Source of the DNA: Eledone cirrhosa
Lineage: Eukaryota
Direction of reading: 5' to 3'
Assembly (NCBI GenBank): GCA_964016885.1
Contig: OZ024742.1
Location: 241,676,001 to 241,740,000, forward strand
Length of the DNA stretch: 64,000 bases
Shown piece after piece: positions 13,615 to 26,404 of this stretch. Position 1 is the stretch's first letter. Every line of letters starts with the position of its first letter. Position numbers and translations under genes: made by a program. The notes under the pieces are model-generated. The model saw only the letters and a program-made list of their open reading frames with translations. It did no database searches and had not been told where the DNA came from.

Positions 13615-13806
13615 GAGATGGAAAGAGAGAGAGAGAGAGAGGGAGAGAGGTGGGAGCAGAATCGATCACTGTACATACCTGGTTAAAAAACTTTCCCTTC
13701 ATTCCAGAACTTACGAAAACAATGATTTAATATATCTACTTCTGTACTGAGTGATTTTATTCCTCGCCTTTATAAACTCAAACGTATACACGCAAACAGA
13801 TGATAA

Positions 13807-13925
<119 letters not shown>

Positions 13926-14354
13926 TATATATATATATATATGTGTGTGTGTGCGCGCGCGCGCGTGTGTGTGTCTGTGTGCGTAAGTATGTGTATATAT
14001 ACTATTGACTTTGAATCTTTGTTTCTCCGAAAATCTATTCAATCTTAATTTTTCCTGCGCTCAGTTTGATATCATCCTTTTATAATCTGTGTCTGGCTAT
14101 GATAGTTTTCTTTAGTCGATGTTGAAGTTTATTTACATTTTTTTGAAAAATTTCTTATTTTGACATTTAGAAATAGTTATTTTTCGATATGATTTATAAA
14201 CAAGCAAACACAACAAGAAGTTGTCTTCAGAAGTGTGTTTATTAATTAATTTACTTATTTTCTAGTTTTGTGTGTATGTCATTCTTTTTATAACCTTTTT
14301 ATTTAATGTAAGTGTTATATATATTGCACATTTTTACTTTTCTCTCAACAACTT

Positions 14355-14443
<89 letters not shown>

Positions 14444-14817
14444 CATATATATTCACTTAAATCACTAATTCAGTTACGGAATTCTTTATGGTTAGGGTTT
14501 GACAATATAAAATATATAAATTAACAAAGGATTAATAGAAAAAAAGAATGAAAACTGAGAATTAATATTAGACACGCTAGAAATCTGTGAATAGAAGAGA
14601 AAGACATCCACAAAAGGAAACTGAAAAACCCAAGAAGTGTCTGTACTGCGAGTTTCATTCCAAATGAATGGCTTATTGACTTTACAATAAACTAATTTTA
14701 AATGAAATAACATATTTGCGGCTCGACTCTAAATTGTATTCTTCTCTAAATTTCACAATGAGTGTGTATTTCATCTTTGACAAATGTGGTCTGCTAGGTA
14801 TGTTGCAGCTATGCGAA

Positions 14818-14993
14818 TACTTTGGGCACAAGGCCAGCAATTATCCCAGTGTATTACTGGTGCTTTATTTTATCGACCCCGTAAGGATGAAAGGCAAAGT
14901 TAACCTCGGTGGGATTTGAACTCAGATCATAAAGGGACATAACTCTATGCTGCAAAGCATGGCGCCCGACCCTCTACCGATACTGCCAATCCA
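14818..14993 (-). mobile_element. tRNA-derived SINE (main family)
   Basis: Matches family consensus TTGGCAGTATCGGTAGAGGGTCGG...GAGTTCAAATCCC...CCTTTCATCCTTACGGGGTCGATAAAATAAAG on reverse strand. Confidence 0.85.
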
Positions 14994-15124
14994 AGATATA
15001 GGATATAGAATACTGCTGTATTCTATATCTTGGATTGGATTGTTGAAGTTAACTCAGTACCTCTGAAATATGTATAATAAAATATACTTGATCAGAAGAA
15101 TATCTATTTTGTTAATATTTTGAA

Positions 15125-15171
<47 letters not shown>

Positions 15172-15314
15172 CTCTACACACAGCTGGCACCGCGAGAGAG
15201 TCTCCACCACAGCTGTCGATGTTTAGTTCTTCCGACAGTATCACTCTTTTCATTGTTGCGTCCAGAGAGAATCAGGGTTATTTTGGGCCACACTGTAGCA
15301 TATTGTACTTTCAT

Positions 15315-15498
15315 TGGATTAGCAGTATCGGTAGAGGGTCGGACGCCATGCTTTCCAGCATAGTTACGTCCCTTTACGATCTGAGTTCAAATCCCGCCGA
15401 GGTTGACTTTGCCTTTCATCCTTACGGGGTCGATAAAATAAAGTACCAGTAATGCACTGGGTAATTGCTGGCCTTGTGCCTAAAGTAGAAACAATTAT
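15315..15498 (+). mobile_element. tRNA-derived SINE (main family)
   Basis: Full head, core and tail GGCCTTGTGCCTAAAGTAGAAACAATTAT. Confidence 0.9.
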
Positions 15499-15499
15499 C

Positions 15500-16230
15500 T
15501 AAACATATCAAGCTGGGTATGACTGTAACCACTCCATTCCTCTACCAACATTTTGTTTATCATCTGCGGAGGTTTGGTTCTTTATCTCAGCTTTGGTCTT
15601 TCACTCAAGTGCCATATCCATAATAAAATATTTTGTGCTTACCTCTCCAGCTAGAATATAGCCTTCATGTAGAATACTAACCGGTCAGTACATAGTGGAT
15701 CAAGATATAAATACCCTAGATCCCATCATTACTTAGAAGATTGCACACTACTATTTTCGTGTCTTATACTCTTACACGATTCCTTAGGTGTCTTATATTT
15801 TAAGATCTTTCTTTCCTACATGCACTCTATTTCCTCTCCAAAGCCGTTAACAAAACAATCCGAGTCTTTTCTCAAATCAAACCATGCCATAAGGTCAAGA
15901 CATTTTATCGTTACATCAACAGGTTTGGGGATTACGAGTGTTTTCTTCAGTCCCACCTGTACCTTCTTAGTTATAATTATAAGCATCATACATTGTTTAT
16001 GTTCTCGCATTTGTGTTGATTTATCTTGCATTAATGCAGCTGTATTGGTGTTTAGTACATTAACGAGGGCATTCATATTTGGTTATACCACCAAATATAC
16101 TGCGCAAGCTATGTCTTATATGCTCTACGAACGGTAAATAATCTTTATATCAAAGTCAACTAGCAGTGACATCCAAACAAGCCGTCTAATAGTGGTAGGG
16201 GATTGGAGGGCACCAAATATCAATTTCAGG
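15500..16230 (-). pseudogene. Possible highly degraded non-LTR retrotransposon RT C-terminal remnant
   Basis: Non-repetitive coding-like tract; 'MLIIITKKVQVGLKK' loosely recalls the RLY..RK.GG.GL motif. Weak. Confidence 0.2.
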
Positions 16231-16277
16231 AAAAATTGTATGGATAAATATATATACATACATACGTATATATATAT

Positions 16278-16350
<73 letters not shown>

Positions 16351-16358
16351 TACATACA

Positions 16359-16416
<58 letters not shown>

Positions 16417-16462
16417 CCTGTCGAAAGTTATTTTATTATATATATATATATATATATATATA

Positions 16463-16552
16463 GTAATTGTTTCTACTTTAGGCCCAAGGCCAGCAATTTC
16501 CCAGTACATTACTGGTACTTTATTTTATCGACCCCGTAAGGATGAAAGGCAT
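16463..16552 (-). mobile_element. SINE 3' half (main family)
   Basis: AATTGTTTCTACTTTAGGC...TATCGACCCCGTAAGGATGAAAGGCA. Confidence 0.85.
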
Positions 16553-16558
16553 TTTAAC

Positions 16559-16944
16559 TAGTAATAATAATAAATTTGAAGACTAAAATCCAAAGAGGAT
16601 ATGACGTATTATCTTCGTTTTTTCCGTTCATTGCCAGAGAACGTCTCTATGAACCACCTAATAGAACATTAGTCTACGACTTCTTTTGTACCATAAACGT
16701 GGTTCTGTCTTTGCGTGTAATTGTTTTTCACCGCTCCTATTAATTACGTATTATATTCGTTTTTCCCTGCTTTGCCAGAGAACGTTTCCACGAACCAAAG
16801 TATCGTCTTCTTGTCTTCCTCCGGTTGCAACGTTTTTTTAAATATCCACTTCTGCGTTTACAGATTGACTTTGTTAGTTTCAGAAGATCCCGTTAAGGGT
16901 GAAAGCAGCGATTCTTTGCTTAAAATTTAATCTGTTATTTTAAT
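16559..16944 (+). mobile_element. 'Family C' repeat, longest copy
   Basis: Same termini as 3457-3610 and 28292-28469; internal diverged duplication of ACGTATTAT.TTCGTTTTT...TTGCCAGAGAACGT. Confidence 0.7.
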
Positions 16945-17000
16945 ATATATATATATATATATATAGTTAAAAGAATAGAGGTGTAACACACAAGTTATTA

Positions 17001-17667
17001 TATATTAGTAAACGGAATAGAAAATGCTGACAAATTGTTGACAGTTGAAAAATGGTTTAATTAGGAATAAAAGAGTATTAGTGATTGTATGAGTTAGTAT
17101 TCAGTTGTGGTTTTAAGTTTTTAAGTTTTTACCGGTTGCGCATTTCTAAATGCTTTTCAAAAATAATTTTGAGATAGAGTGTCCGTGTTGTTTGCTCTAA
17201 TCTGATTAGTTTTGGGAATTCTACCTGTTTTTATGTTAAAAAAGTGGCTCCAGCGCTATTTGATGTTTGCAAAAATTCTTTGCAAACACCAAATAGCGCT
17301 GGAGCCACTTTTTTAACATAAAAACAGTCTTGGCGCAAAATCAATTTTTTACATTCACATGACCTCTACCGACCAATCAAAATTGTTTTGACCACAAGAA
17401 TTTTTGCAACACCAAAGTAACGCTGGAGCCACTTTTTTAACATAAAAACAGGTAGAATTCCCAAAACTAATCAGATCAGAGCAAACAACACGGACACTCT
17501 ATCTCAAAATTATTTTTGAAAAGCATTTAGAAATGCGCAACCGGTAAAAACTTAAAAACTTAAAACCACAACTGAATACTAACCCATACAATCACTAATA
17601 CTCTTTTATTCCTAATTAAACCATTTTTCAACTGTCAACAATTTGTCAGCATTTTCTATTCCGTTTA

Positions 17668-17675
<8 letters not shown>
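17001..17675. repeat. Long inverted repeat (~280-bp arms) with a nested inner hairpin
   Basis: 17001-17281 is the reverse complement of ~17395-17675; ~17225-17328 is an additional fold-back. Confidence 0.95.
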
Positions 17676-17708
<33 letters not shown>

Positions 17709-18809
17709 AAATAACTTTCGACAGGATAAATACGCTGAAATAAAAACAGTGATAAACCCCTATATTCCTGCAGCAAATTGCATTTGCACGGAGGCCTTGA
17801 ACAGAAGCCCCTTCACTTCACCAGATAACAAATCTTTATATGGATAAATTGACAATCACGTTAACCACGTATACCCTCATTTCCATGCTCCTATATGTAT
17901 CTCATTTTGCATCTATGTATTTTTTTGCGTATTTCATATTTTGTATTTTGTTCCATCTGATAGAGATATTAACTATCTATTCGCCTAATTACTACGTTCC
18001 ATACTGTAATCTACCCTCCGTTCTACTGTACGGTACTATCGTTCAATATGTGGATAATATATCTCTAATATTGATCCCCCTTTCAAAATTTCTTAAAATA
18101 ATTTAAACATATCCCTATTTATTAGTTAGTATATGTACATATATTTCTTTACTTACTTCAATCTAGATTCTAACTTGTAATTTTTTTAATTTTTTAATTT
18201 TTAATTTTTAATTTTTGATTTTTAATTTTTAATTTTTAATTTTTAGTTTTAATTTCCAACTCTCATTCATAATCTTCACTGTGAAACCATAATACCTAGA
18301 AATAAGTATATTTTTTCTTAGCGGGCGATGGTCAATTCTACTGTCCATGCTTAATTTAGAGGTAGTATTGAGACCTATTGATACTCATACTCCCCCCCCC
18401 CCCCACTGGCTTTCAGCCAGCTAGCAGTAAATTATAACCGTGTCATATTCCAGGTTGGATGGGGTCATTGTTTGGGTGAGGGGGGGGGGGGACCAGCCTA
18501 GGCGAGTTTCGTAGAACTCTGCGGTAGTTGATGGTCAACTTCCTTCGGACCTACGCCTGCGCAGACCGGTGGGGGTGAATTGGGACTCACAAGGGAACGG
18601 CCGAAGAACCCAAGAGCACACGCTTTGTCCGTTCCCATGTCGGTTCAATTTGGATTGCTTCGGAAACATAACCTTAATATGTAACAAGCTGTCTGGTGAT
18701 GTCACGGCACTGGCACACCGTACCGTGTGGCCACTGTCGTCATTGAAATATGTATCACATTATCATTAAAGGGCTTTAACGTCTGAAACTACTTCGCTTT
18801 TTCTTATTA

Positions 18810-18854
<45 letters not shown>

Positions 18855-18864
<10 letters not shown>

Positions 18865-19379
18865 GAATAGCTTTCACCGTATTTTTGACTAAAGGAATTT
18901 TAGCCTGATAATGGGGTTTAGAACCCTCAGATAAATGGAAAAAGATGAGTATTGACGTACATGTACATGTACGTCAATACTCATCTTTTTCCATTTATCT
19001 GAGGGTTCTAAACCCCATTATCAGGCTAAAATTCCTTTAGTCAAAAATGCGGGGAAAGCTATTCTATTTTCTAATTTCTAATTTCAAACCTGCTCACTGT
19101 TTCAAAACATACTTACTTGCCATTTAAACTCGCTAAGAATGTAGCTTCTAATTTGAAAGGAAAGAGATGGGTCATGTGTTGGTGTAATGGTAGCACAGTG
19201 GTCGCGATAACCAAAGATGTGGGTTCGTCTCCCATGTACGTCAATACTCATCTTTTTCCATTTATCTGAGGGTTCTAAACCTCATTATCAGGCTAAAATT
19301 CCTTTAGTAAAAAATACGGTGAAAGTTATTCTATTTTCTAATTTCAAACCTGCTCACTGTTTCAAAACATACTTACTTG
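18855..19379 (+). mobile_element. (TA)n-flanked insert: 220-bp palindrome plus 267-bp partial tandem containing a tRNA-like gene
   Basis: Palindrome 18855-19074 centred at 18964/5; 18966-19119 repeated at 19233-19379. Confidence 0.85.
19173..19243 (+). tRNA. tRNA-like sequence/pseudogene, anticodon not assignable
   Basis: D-arm GTGT-AATGGTA-GCAC, anticodon arm TGGT-CGCGATA-ACCA, T-arm GTGGG-TTCGTCT-CCCAT, GU-rich acceptor stem, T5 run ~10 nt downstream. Confidence 0.6.
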
Positions 19380-19633
19380 ATATATATATATATATATATA
19401 TATGTCTAAAATCTTTTCCTGAGTCCAACCATTTTCGTTGCTGTGGTAATGCGGCTGGACTGCCGATCGATATATTTGATTTGCTAAGCTGTCTAAGCGT
19501 ATTGTTATTACTCTGGGATACTATTCCCATTCGAGTGCTAAAGCTACATACCGAATTTGCATTCTTTAGCTTGGCCGCAAACTAAAGGTTCGTTAATGCT
19601 GTACTAACATTTGTATATATATATATATATGAA

Positions 19634-19711
19634 TAAAGTTAGTCCTTCATGAGTGATCTTCCAACCATCATTGGTATTTCATCGCTTTAAAGACCATATA
19701 CCTCCGGTTGG
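19634..19711 (-). ncRNA. Permuted hammerhead-like motif, core mutated (CUCAUGA)
   Basis: Same motif as 59181-59258 with a G>C change in CUGAUGA. Confidence 0.65.
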
Positions 19712-20272
19712 TGCGAGCAACGGCTAAAAAAAGTGGTTGGGACACGTAAATAAAGGGGACACAAGAGTGTAAACAAATAAAGATGGTGAAGCAACGAAAA
19801 GTGAAGAAGAAGGAGTCAAGTCCCAAAATTTCCATGAATATAAGTTCGGTGAAATCGTGAACGATAGAGAATAAAAACCATCAAACCTGGCTGGAATGTG
19901 AGCAAGGAAGGAATTCCGTACAGGTCTAACGGGAGGAAGAAGGGATCTAGTCTGTGAATTCGGTGAACGTAAGTTCTGTGAAATCGTAGACGAGAGAGAG
20001 AAAAAAAGCGACCTGCCTGACCAAGGGTGCGAAAGAAAAGAATTACGCACAGGTCAAACGGGAAGAAGGAGGAGGAGGAGGAGAGGTAGTAACAGAGAGT
20101 GAGTGAGTGAAGGGTGAGGAAGCGGCTAACAGAGAGAGTGACTGTTAGAGAGGGTAAAGATACAGAGAAAGAGGAAGCAGTAAGAACGAAATAGACGGGT
20201 CACAGCGGGGGAAAAATATGTGTAAATATGAGAATAAACGTGCTGCGTGGTTGCTAATGGGTTACATATGAA

Positions 20273-20349
20273 TAAAGTTAGTCCTTCATCAGTGATCTTC
20301 CAACCATCATTGGTATTTCATCGCTTTAAAGACCATATACCTCCGGTTG
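20273..20349 (-). ncRNA. Permuted hammerhead-like motif, intact core
   Basis: Reverse strand CAACCG-GA-GGTAT-A-TGGTCTT-TAAAG-CGAT-GAA-ATACC-AAT-GA-TGGTTGG-AAGATCA-CTGATGA-AGGACTAA-CTTTA. Confidence 0.75.
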
Positions 20350-20356
20350 ATATATA

Positions 20357-20665
20357 TGGGTAATATGAAAAGATTCAGGCTCCTGACTGTTGAGCTCCCC
20401 CCGTTTCGACAGCACGATTCCAACTAACTGTCGAAACGGCTTTTTCTTATCGCATATATATTTATATATATATGTATAAATGAAAAGATTCAGGATCCCG
20501 ACAGCTGAGTTCTGGCCGTTTCGACAGTTAGTTGGAATCTAGCTGTCGAAACGGCGGGAGCTCAACAGTCAGGAGCCTGAATCTTTTCATATTACCCACT
20601 CTACTACCCCAAATATAGAGTACTCTGGTGGGTTATGGTCTAGCTGGTTTTTACCACACCCTATC
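20357..20665. mobile_element. 'Family B' fold-back inserts with hammerhead 3' half
   Basis: Palindromic CCGTTTCGACAG...CTGTCGAAACGG twice; tail ATTACCCACTCTACTACCCC...GAGTACTCTGGTG.GTTATGGTC shared with 21472, 41925, 42175, 43253 and 58666. Confidence 0.8.
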
Positions 20666-21257
20666 TGAAAATTTGAAATGACCGATGACCAAGCGTATTC
20701 CAGTTGTAATATTTCCGTTTTCTCACAAATACATCATCACATACTATAACATCTAATACGATAAATTTGGTTGCTATTTCTAGCAGAGCGAATGACCACG
20801 TAAAAGTTTTCTAACAAATATGTCTGAACTAAAATCTAATTCTAATGATACAAACAAAAATAAAACAACTTTATATGATAGACTGTTAAATATTATATCA
20901 TCTTTTTATATTCAATGCGTTCTAATTTCCACAAAACACATTATGTACCATAACGATGTATGAATTATAGTGAACTGTCTGCATTTTGTGTCGAAACATT
21001 TATCATCATAACTAATTCAATGTGCTTTCTTAATATACTACTGTTGGTTCCCAAAGGGAAAGAAATATTGGGACTTAAGATGTTTGTGCCTTTCTTGTAA
21101 GTAATAGTGGCGTCACGGAAGAAAGATAATATTTACAGCTGAGTATTAGATCCGATAGCGTATACTTACTTACTCAATAGCATTCAGTGTAGAGCAGTGA
21201 TGTACAAATATACTTATAAACATAATACACTCACTCACTCTTATATATATATATATA

Positions 21258-21406
21258 AGAAAAGATGATCAAACTTCGTTTAGATGTATCTATGCTTTTA
21301 TTGAGTATCAACCTGTTACGAGCGTTTCGCAGAATCACTCGTCTGAAGAGCAGATCCATGCTGGAGTCGGGTCCATAGCTTCCATAGGTGACTTTGAGCC
21401 AATCAT

Positions 21407-21410
<4 letters not shown>
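21258..21410. mobile_element. (TA)n-flanked insert with hammerhead halves on opposite strands
   Basis: (-) CTGC-GAAA-CGCTCG-TA-ACAG followed by AATAAA; (+) CTGAAGA-GCAG at ~21344. Confidence 0.55.
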
Positions 21411-21471
<61 letters not shown>

Positions 21472-21473
<2 letters not shown>

Positions 21474-21612
21474 CTAAGAGGGTGTGGTGGACCATAATGC
21501 ACCAGAGTACTCGATACTTGGGGTTGTAGAGTGGGTAATATGAAAAGATTCAGGACCCCGACAGCTGTCGAAACAGCCGGAGCTCAGCTGTCGGGGTCCT
21601 GAATCTTTTCAT
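21472..21612. mobile_element. 'Family B' fold-back insert
   Basis: ATGAAAAGATTCAGGACCCCGACAGCTG...CAGCTGTCGGGGTCCTGAATCTTTTCAT palindrome; TA flanks. Confidence 0.8.
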
Positions 21613-21628
21613 TATATATATATATGAG

Positions 21629-21671
<43 letters not shown>

Positions 21672-22194
21672 GAGGAGGAGAGGGAGAGCGAGTTGACATC
21701 GTGCAACATACTTTCCTTTATTTGAGATTGTTGCAAGATCACGAGCTTAAAGATACCTGCTGCCTTCCATCGAACGAGCCTTAGACCCGTTAAAAAGGCT
21801 CATGGGCACTGTCATACCATTTTTGACTAAACAGCTTCCCCCACCCTCTTAAAAACCCTGTAGCGTTTGATTAACAGGTATTGGCCTCTTCATAAGCATA
21901 CCAGCTGTTATTTTTGGTGTTTCTAATTTTTTTTTTGGGGGGGGGGGCTTAATCCCTGGTTAGTCTTTGAATTATGCTCCAAGACGTACCAGATTTGTCT
22001 GCCGACTGCGTTTTCTATATTTAGGCTATATTGTCATTTCAGGGTTATTTAGCTGCTATCTATAAGAGTGGTTCCTTGAAGTGTTTCAAATATATTATAC
22101 CGTCTGAAGGATAACAAATGTAATTCAATTGAGAAATATCCTTATTAGTTTGAATAAGATTTAACATTTTATGTAAATTTCTGCATGGCAATTC

Positions 22195-22261
<67 letters not shown>

Positions 22262-22279
22262 TTTCTCTACCCCTCCGAC

Positions 22280-22372
22280 CTCCCTACCTACCTACTTACC
22301 TACCTACCTACCTACCTACCTACCTACCTACCTACCTACCTACCTACCTACCTACCTACCTACTTACTTACC
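22280..22372. repeat. (CTAC)n microsatellite
   Basis: Direct reading. Confidence 0.9.
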
Positions 22373-22618
22373 AATCTACGTTTCTGCCTAACCACCCACC
22401 CCATCTATCTATCTATCTATCACCTCTATCTTTACACACTTAAATTATTTATATATTCTATTTGACAGACTTGTTAAATGCTTCTGAGAGTTGATTTATA
22501 TTTATAAATAATGTCGTATGTATATGGGCGTGTATATTCGTATGTTTGTCTGTTTGTATAAGATAGACGGCTATACATTTAAGTTACATGGTTATTGTAT
22601 ATGGTTACTGAAGTAGAA

Positions 22619-23350
<732 letters not shown>

Positions 23351-25154
23351 ACAAAATATACACACACTACAATATATACATACACCTACACACATATACG
23401 GAAACATACTCACACAAATGTATGTATATATATATATAAATATACCCATATATAGTGTTCCCCCCGTTAAATCGAACTGATAGGGGAAGCGTAGCCGTTG
23501 TAACCTCTCGTCCGAATCAACAGACGGTTGGAATTAATATCGTAAACGTATAATATATTGGGATTACATACATTGTAGTGTCAACATCACAAACAATTAC
23601 AAAATTACAAAGCTTACAGCAAACATCCTACAGCTACACAAAACATAACAACATATATACGATAACATAATTTAACATTACAGTTTGTAAAGATTTACAA
23701 AATGTGTTATTTTCATATTCTTACCTTCTTTTATGTGTCGTAGATGACAGACGTGGGGTAGAGTTAAGTGTTATAACATGTTAGTAAAGTTAGTAAAATT
23801 GTGATGCTCCTCTTAACTTTTACCTCCATTGATTCATATCTGATGTGTTTAAGAATTGACGCGTTCAACTGGAGGTGAGTCATTCATTTCACGAGCAGGC
23901 TTAACAGTCACAGTAGTACAGCAGGGCCGGGACGAATTAACTTGAAGAATGATGCTTCTTCAGAATAGTGGGTACCCTTAAAGCTCTAACATGTCAATAA
24001 TATTGCTGGAGCTCAGTCTCTGTTGATAAATCAATGTAAGAAATGACTCCACACAAGGTTTGGTGAGCAATGGTGGATCTTCATCATCCACACTCTCTCT
24101 GATGAAAACCAACTAAAAAGTCATCCGTCTTTTCTAGTAAAGGCTTGGTGTTCAGGATAAGTGTGTGTGTCCTTTAGTCAGATACTAACGTCATGATATC
24201 AGTTGTTCCTATTCTTTGAAATTAACGGTGAAAATCTCTTCCATCTAATACTTTAAAATCGTATTCTACCTCCACATTTTACCAAGTTTTTTCTTTCTCC
24301 GAGAATCAGCGGGAGTGGTAGTCTCTAATGCCTTCCATGAAGCTGGAAAAATAAATATTGCTGACTAAGATGGTAGTTAGGGAGAAGCTGGTATTGTTAG
24401 AAAGAAAAAAAATATTTTACTTAGAAAGGAGTGTACCAATAACTAGTATATGAACTAAGGCTCGCCTTCATCTTTATTTTTGTTGCTCTCTCACTATCCC
24501 GCGCTTCGTCCAATACATATGCTACAACTAGAGGTGCTATCAAAGAACAAATGTCAAAATATTTCATAAAAGGGGATATAATAACCATTTTCCTCCTATG
24601 ATTGCTGATTATATGATTGAGTGAACCTAATATTTATAATGAATTTTCCATCTTTGGTGAATGTGAAAACCCTCTACCTACCTAACAGGCTTCTACAATA
24701 GAGATATTTAAGGATGGTGGTGAAGCCAACACTGATAGCAATTCTTGCGCAGTTTATTCGGTCTAACATGGTAGATTCAAAACCATACATTGCGCTCATA
24801 CACAAAAACCTCACAAACACAAACACACACTAACATTCCCTCTATATATAAATGCAGACTCATACACATCCGAAAAGTCATACCCGCATACATACACATA
24901 TAAAGGGACACATACTCACTGGATCAATAAATATAGCATCCGTCCACTGGGTGTGTAATGGTGGAATTGTATGAGCTTCGGTTGGTGATATATGTGTTGG
25001 TAGTAAGGATGTAAGGAGAAGAGAAGAAGAACGATAGTCATTAATATAAAGTAGAATATTAAGTATTTGAGAACGTATATTTAGAAAGTGGTAAGCGGAG
25101 TTTAAAAATTGAATTAGAAGTCTTCATCGTAATATTTGACTAAATGAAATAGTG

Positions 25155-25483
25155 TAATAATTGTTTCTACTTTTGGCACAAGGCCAGCAATTACCCAGTA
25201 CACTACTGGTACTTTATTTTATCGACCCCGTAAGGATGAAATGCAAAATTAACTTCGGCGGGATTAACTTGAAAGCATCCTTACGGGGTCGATATAATAA
25301 TTGTTTCTACTTTAGGCACAAGGCCAGCAATTACCCAGTGCATTACTGGTACTTTATTTTATCGACCCCGTAAGGATGAAAGGCAAAGTCAACCTCGGCG
25401 GGATTTGAACTCAGATCGTAAAGGGACGTAACTATGCTGGAAAGCATGGCGTCCGACCCTCTACCGATACTGCCAATCCACCG
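25155..25483 (-). mobile_element. Two main-family SINE copies (partial + full) joined by a short inverted piece
   Basis: 25155-25265 partial, 25276-25293 inverted CATCCTTACGGGGTCGAT, 25296-25483 full. Confidence 0.85.
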
Positions 25484-25600
25484 GGTCAATATAATAATAA
25501 CGGGGCGTATAAACTCACTGTACAGAAAAAGATGGGCATCAGTTATTTGGTATGGATGGGATCGTTGATGTCTTGGTAGAAATTTGATATGGTTAGTAGC

Positions 25601-25893
25601 CAGGGGCCTCGTTTGCCTTAAAAATGTGATGGGGACAAACCAACATTTATTAATTCTTAAAGGAGCATGAATTGCTTATGGTGCCTTTCCCGGACCCTAT
25701 CACATATGTAAAATTATACGCTAATTAAATATTATATATTCAAATGAATTTCAGATATAAAAAAAAATAAGCTTAAAACGAATTTATTATATCAAATAAA
25801 CAAAAAAATAAATATAGACGTTTGAAAAAGTAGTGGGGCGGGGGTGGGAGGGACTTGTCCCATGGTACGTAACCCCCTGAAACAAGGCCCTTG
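25601..25893. mobile_element. Putative hAT-type MITE
   Basis: Ends CAGGGGCCTCGTTT / AAACAAGGCCCTTG; imperfect 8-bp flanks TTAGTAGC / TCAGTAGT. Confidence 0.5.
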
Positions 25894-26290
25894 TCAGTAG
25901 TAATCTTCTTTTTATCGTTGTATAGATTACAGATTATTATATTTATGAGACCTACTAAAACGGTACGTAGATAATTGAAATATATATTTGAGAGTGGATG
26001 GTAATTTAATTTTATAAATCATATCGAATAAAATTTAATTATTCATTTATATTTGTATCAGTAGGGATAATATATCATAATTTAAACATATTTATCCTAG
26101 TAATTATTTTGTGGAATAATATTTATAATAATATTTATGTGATGTTGACCTAATTGTCTTCTTGTAGTTGTACATACTTATGTAGGGAGGAATATTTGAA
26201 TATATATATATACACTTCCAGTTTTATTAATTTATTATTTTTAGTTATAAGTCTTCTAATTAGAAAAAAGTTACATCAACCTTAAGTTTA

Positions 26291-26404
<114 letters not shown>

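Larger units (their letters stand above)
19629..20349 (-). mobile_element. Non-coding retrozyme-like element: 639-nt unit bracketed by two ribozyme-bearing direct repeats, in (TA)n
   Basis: ~80-bp direct repeats 19629-19710 and 20268-20349; no recognisable ORF; internal ~130-bp diverged tandem. Confidence 0.8.

Noticed and set aside
16878-16915. Family C CAGAAGA...GAAA as a functional hammerhead
   Set aside because: U4 is A in all copies and no UH/stem I strand could be paired; kept only as a weak note.
17732-18810. Possible LINE 5' UTR/ORF1 remnant on the minus strand
   Set aside because: Only a vague zinc-knuckle-like relic (PPCKCNLLQEY); too degraded to call.
23455-24400. Possible LTR/Gypsy remnant
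   Set aside because: Coding-like composition but no convincing motif or paired LTR found.
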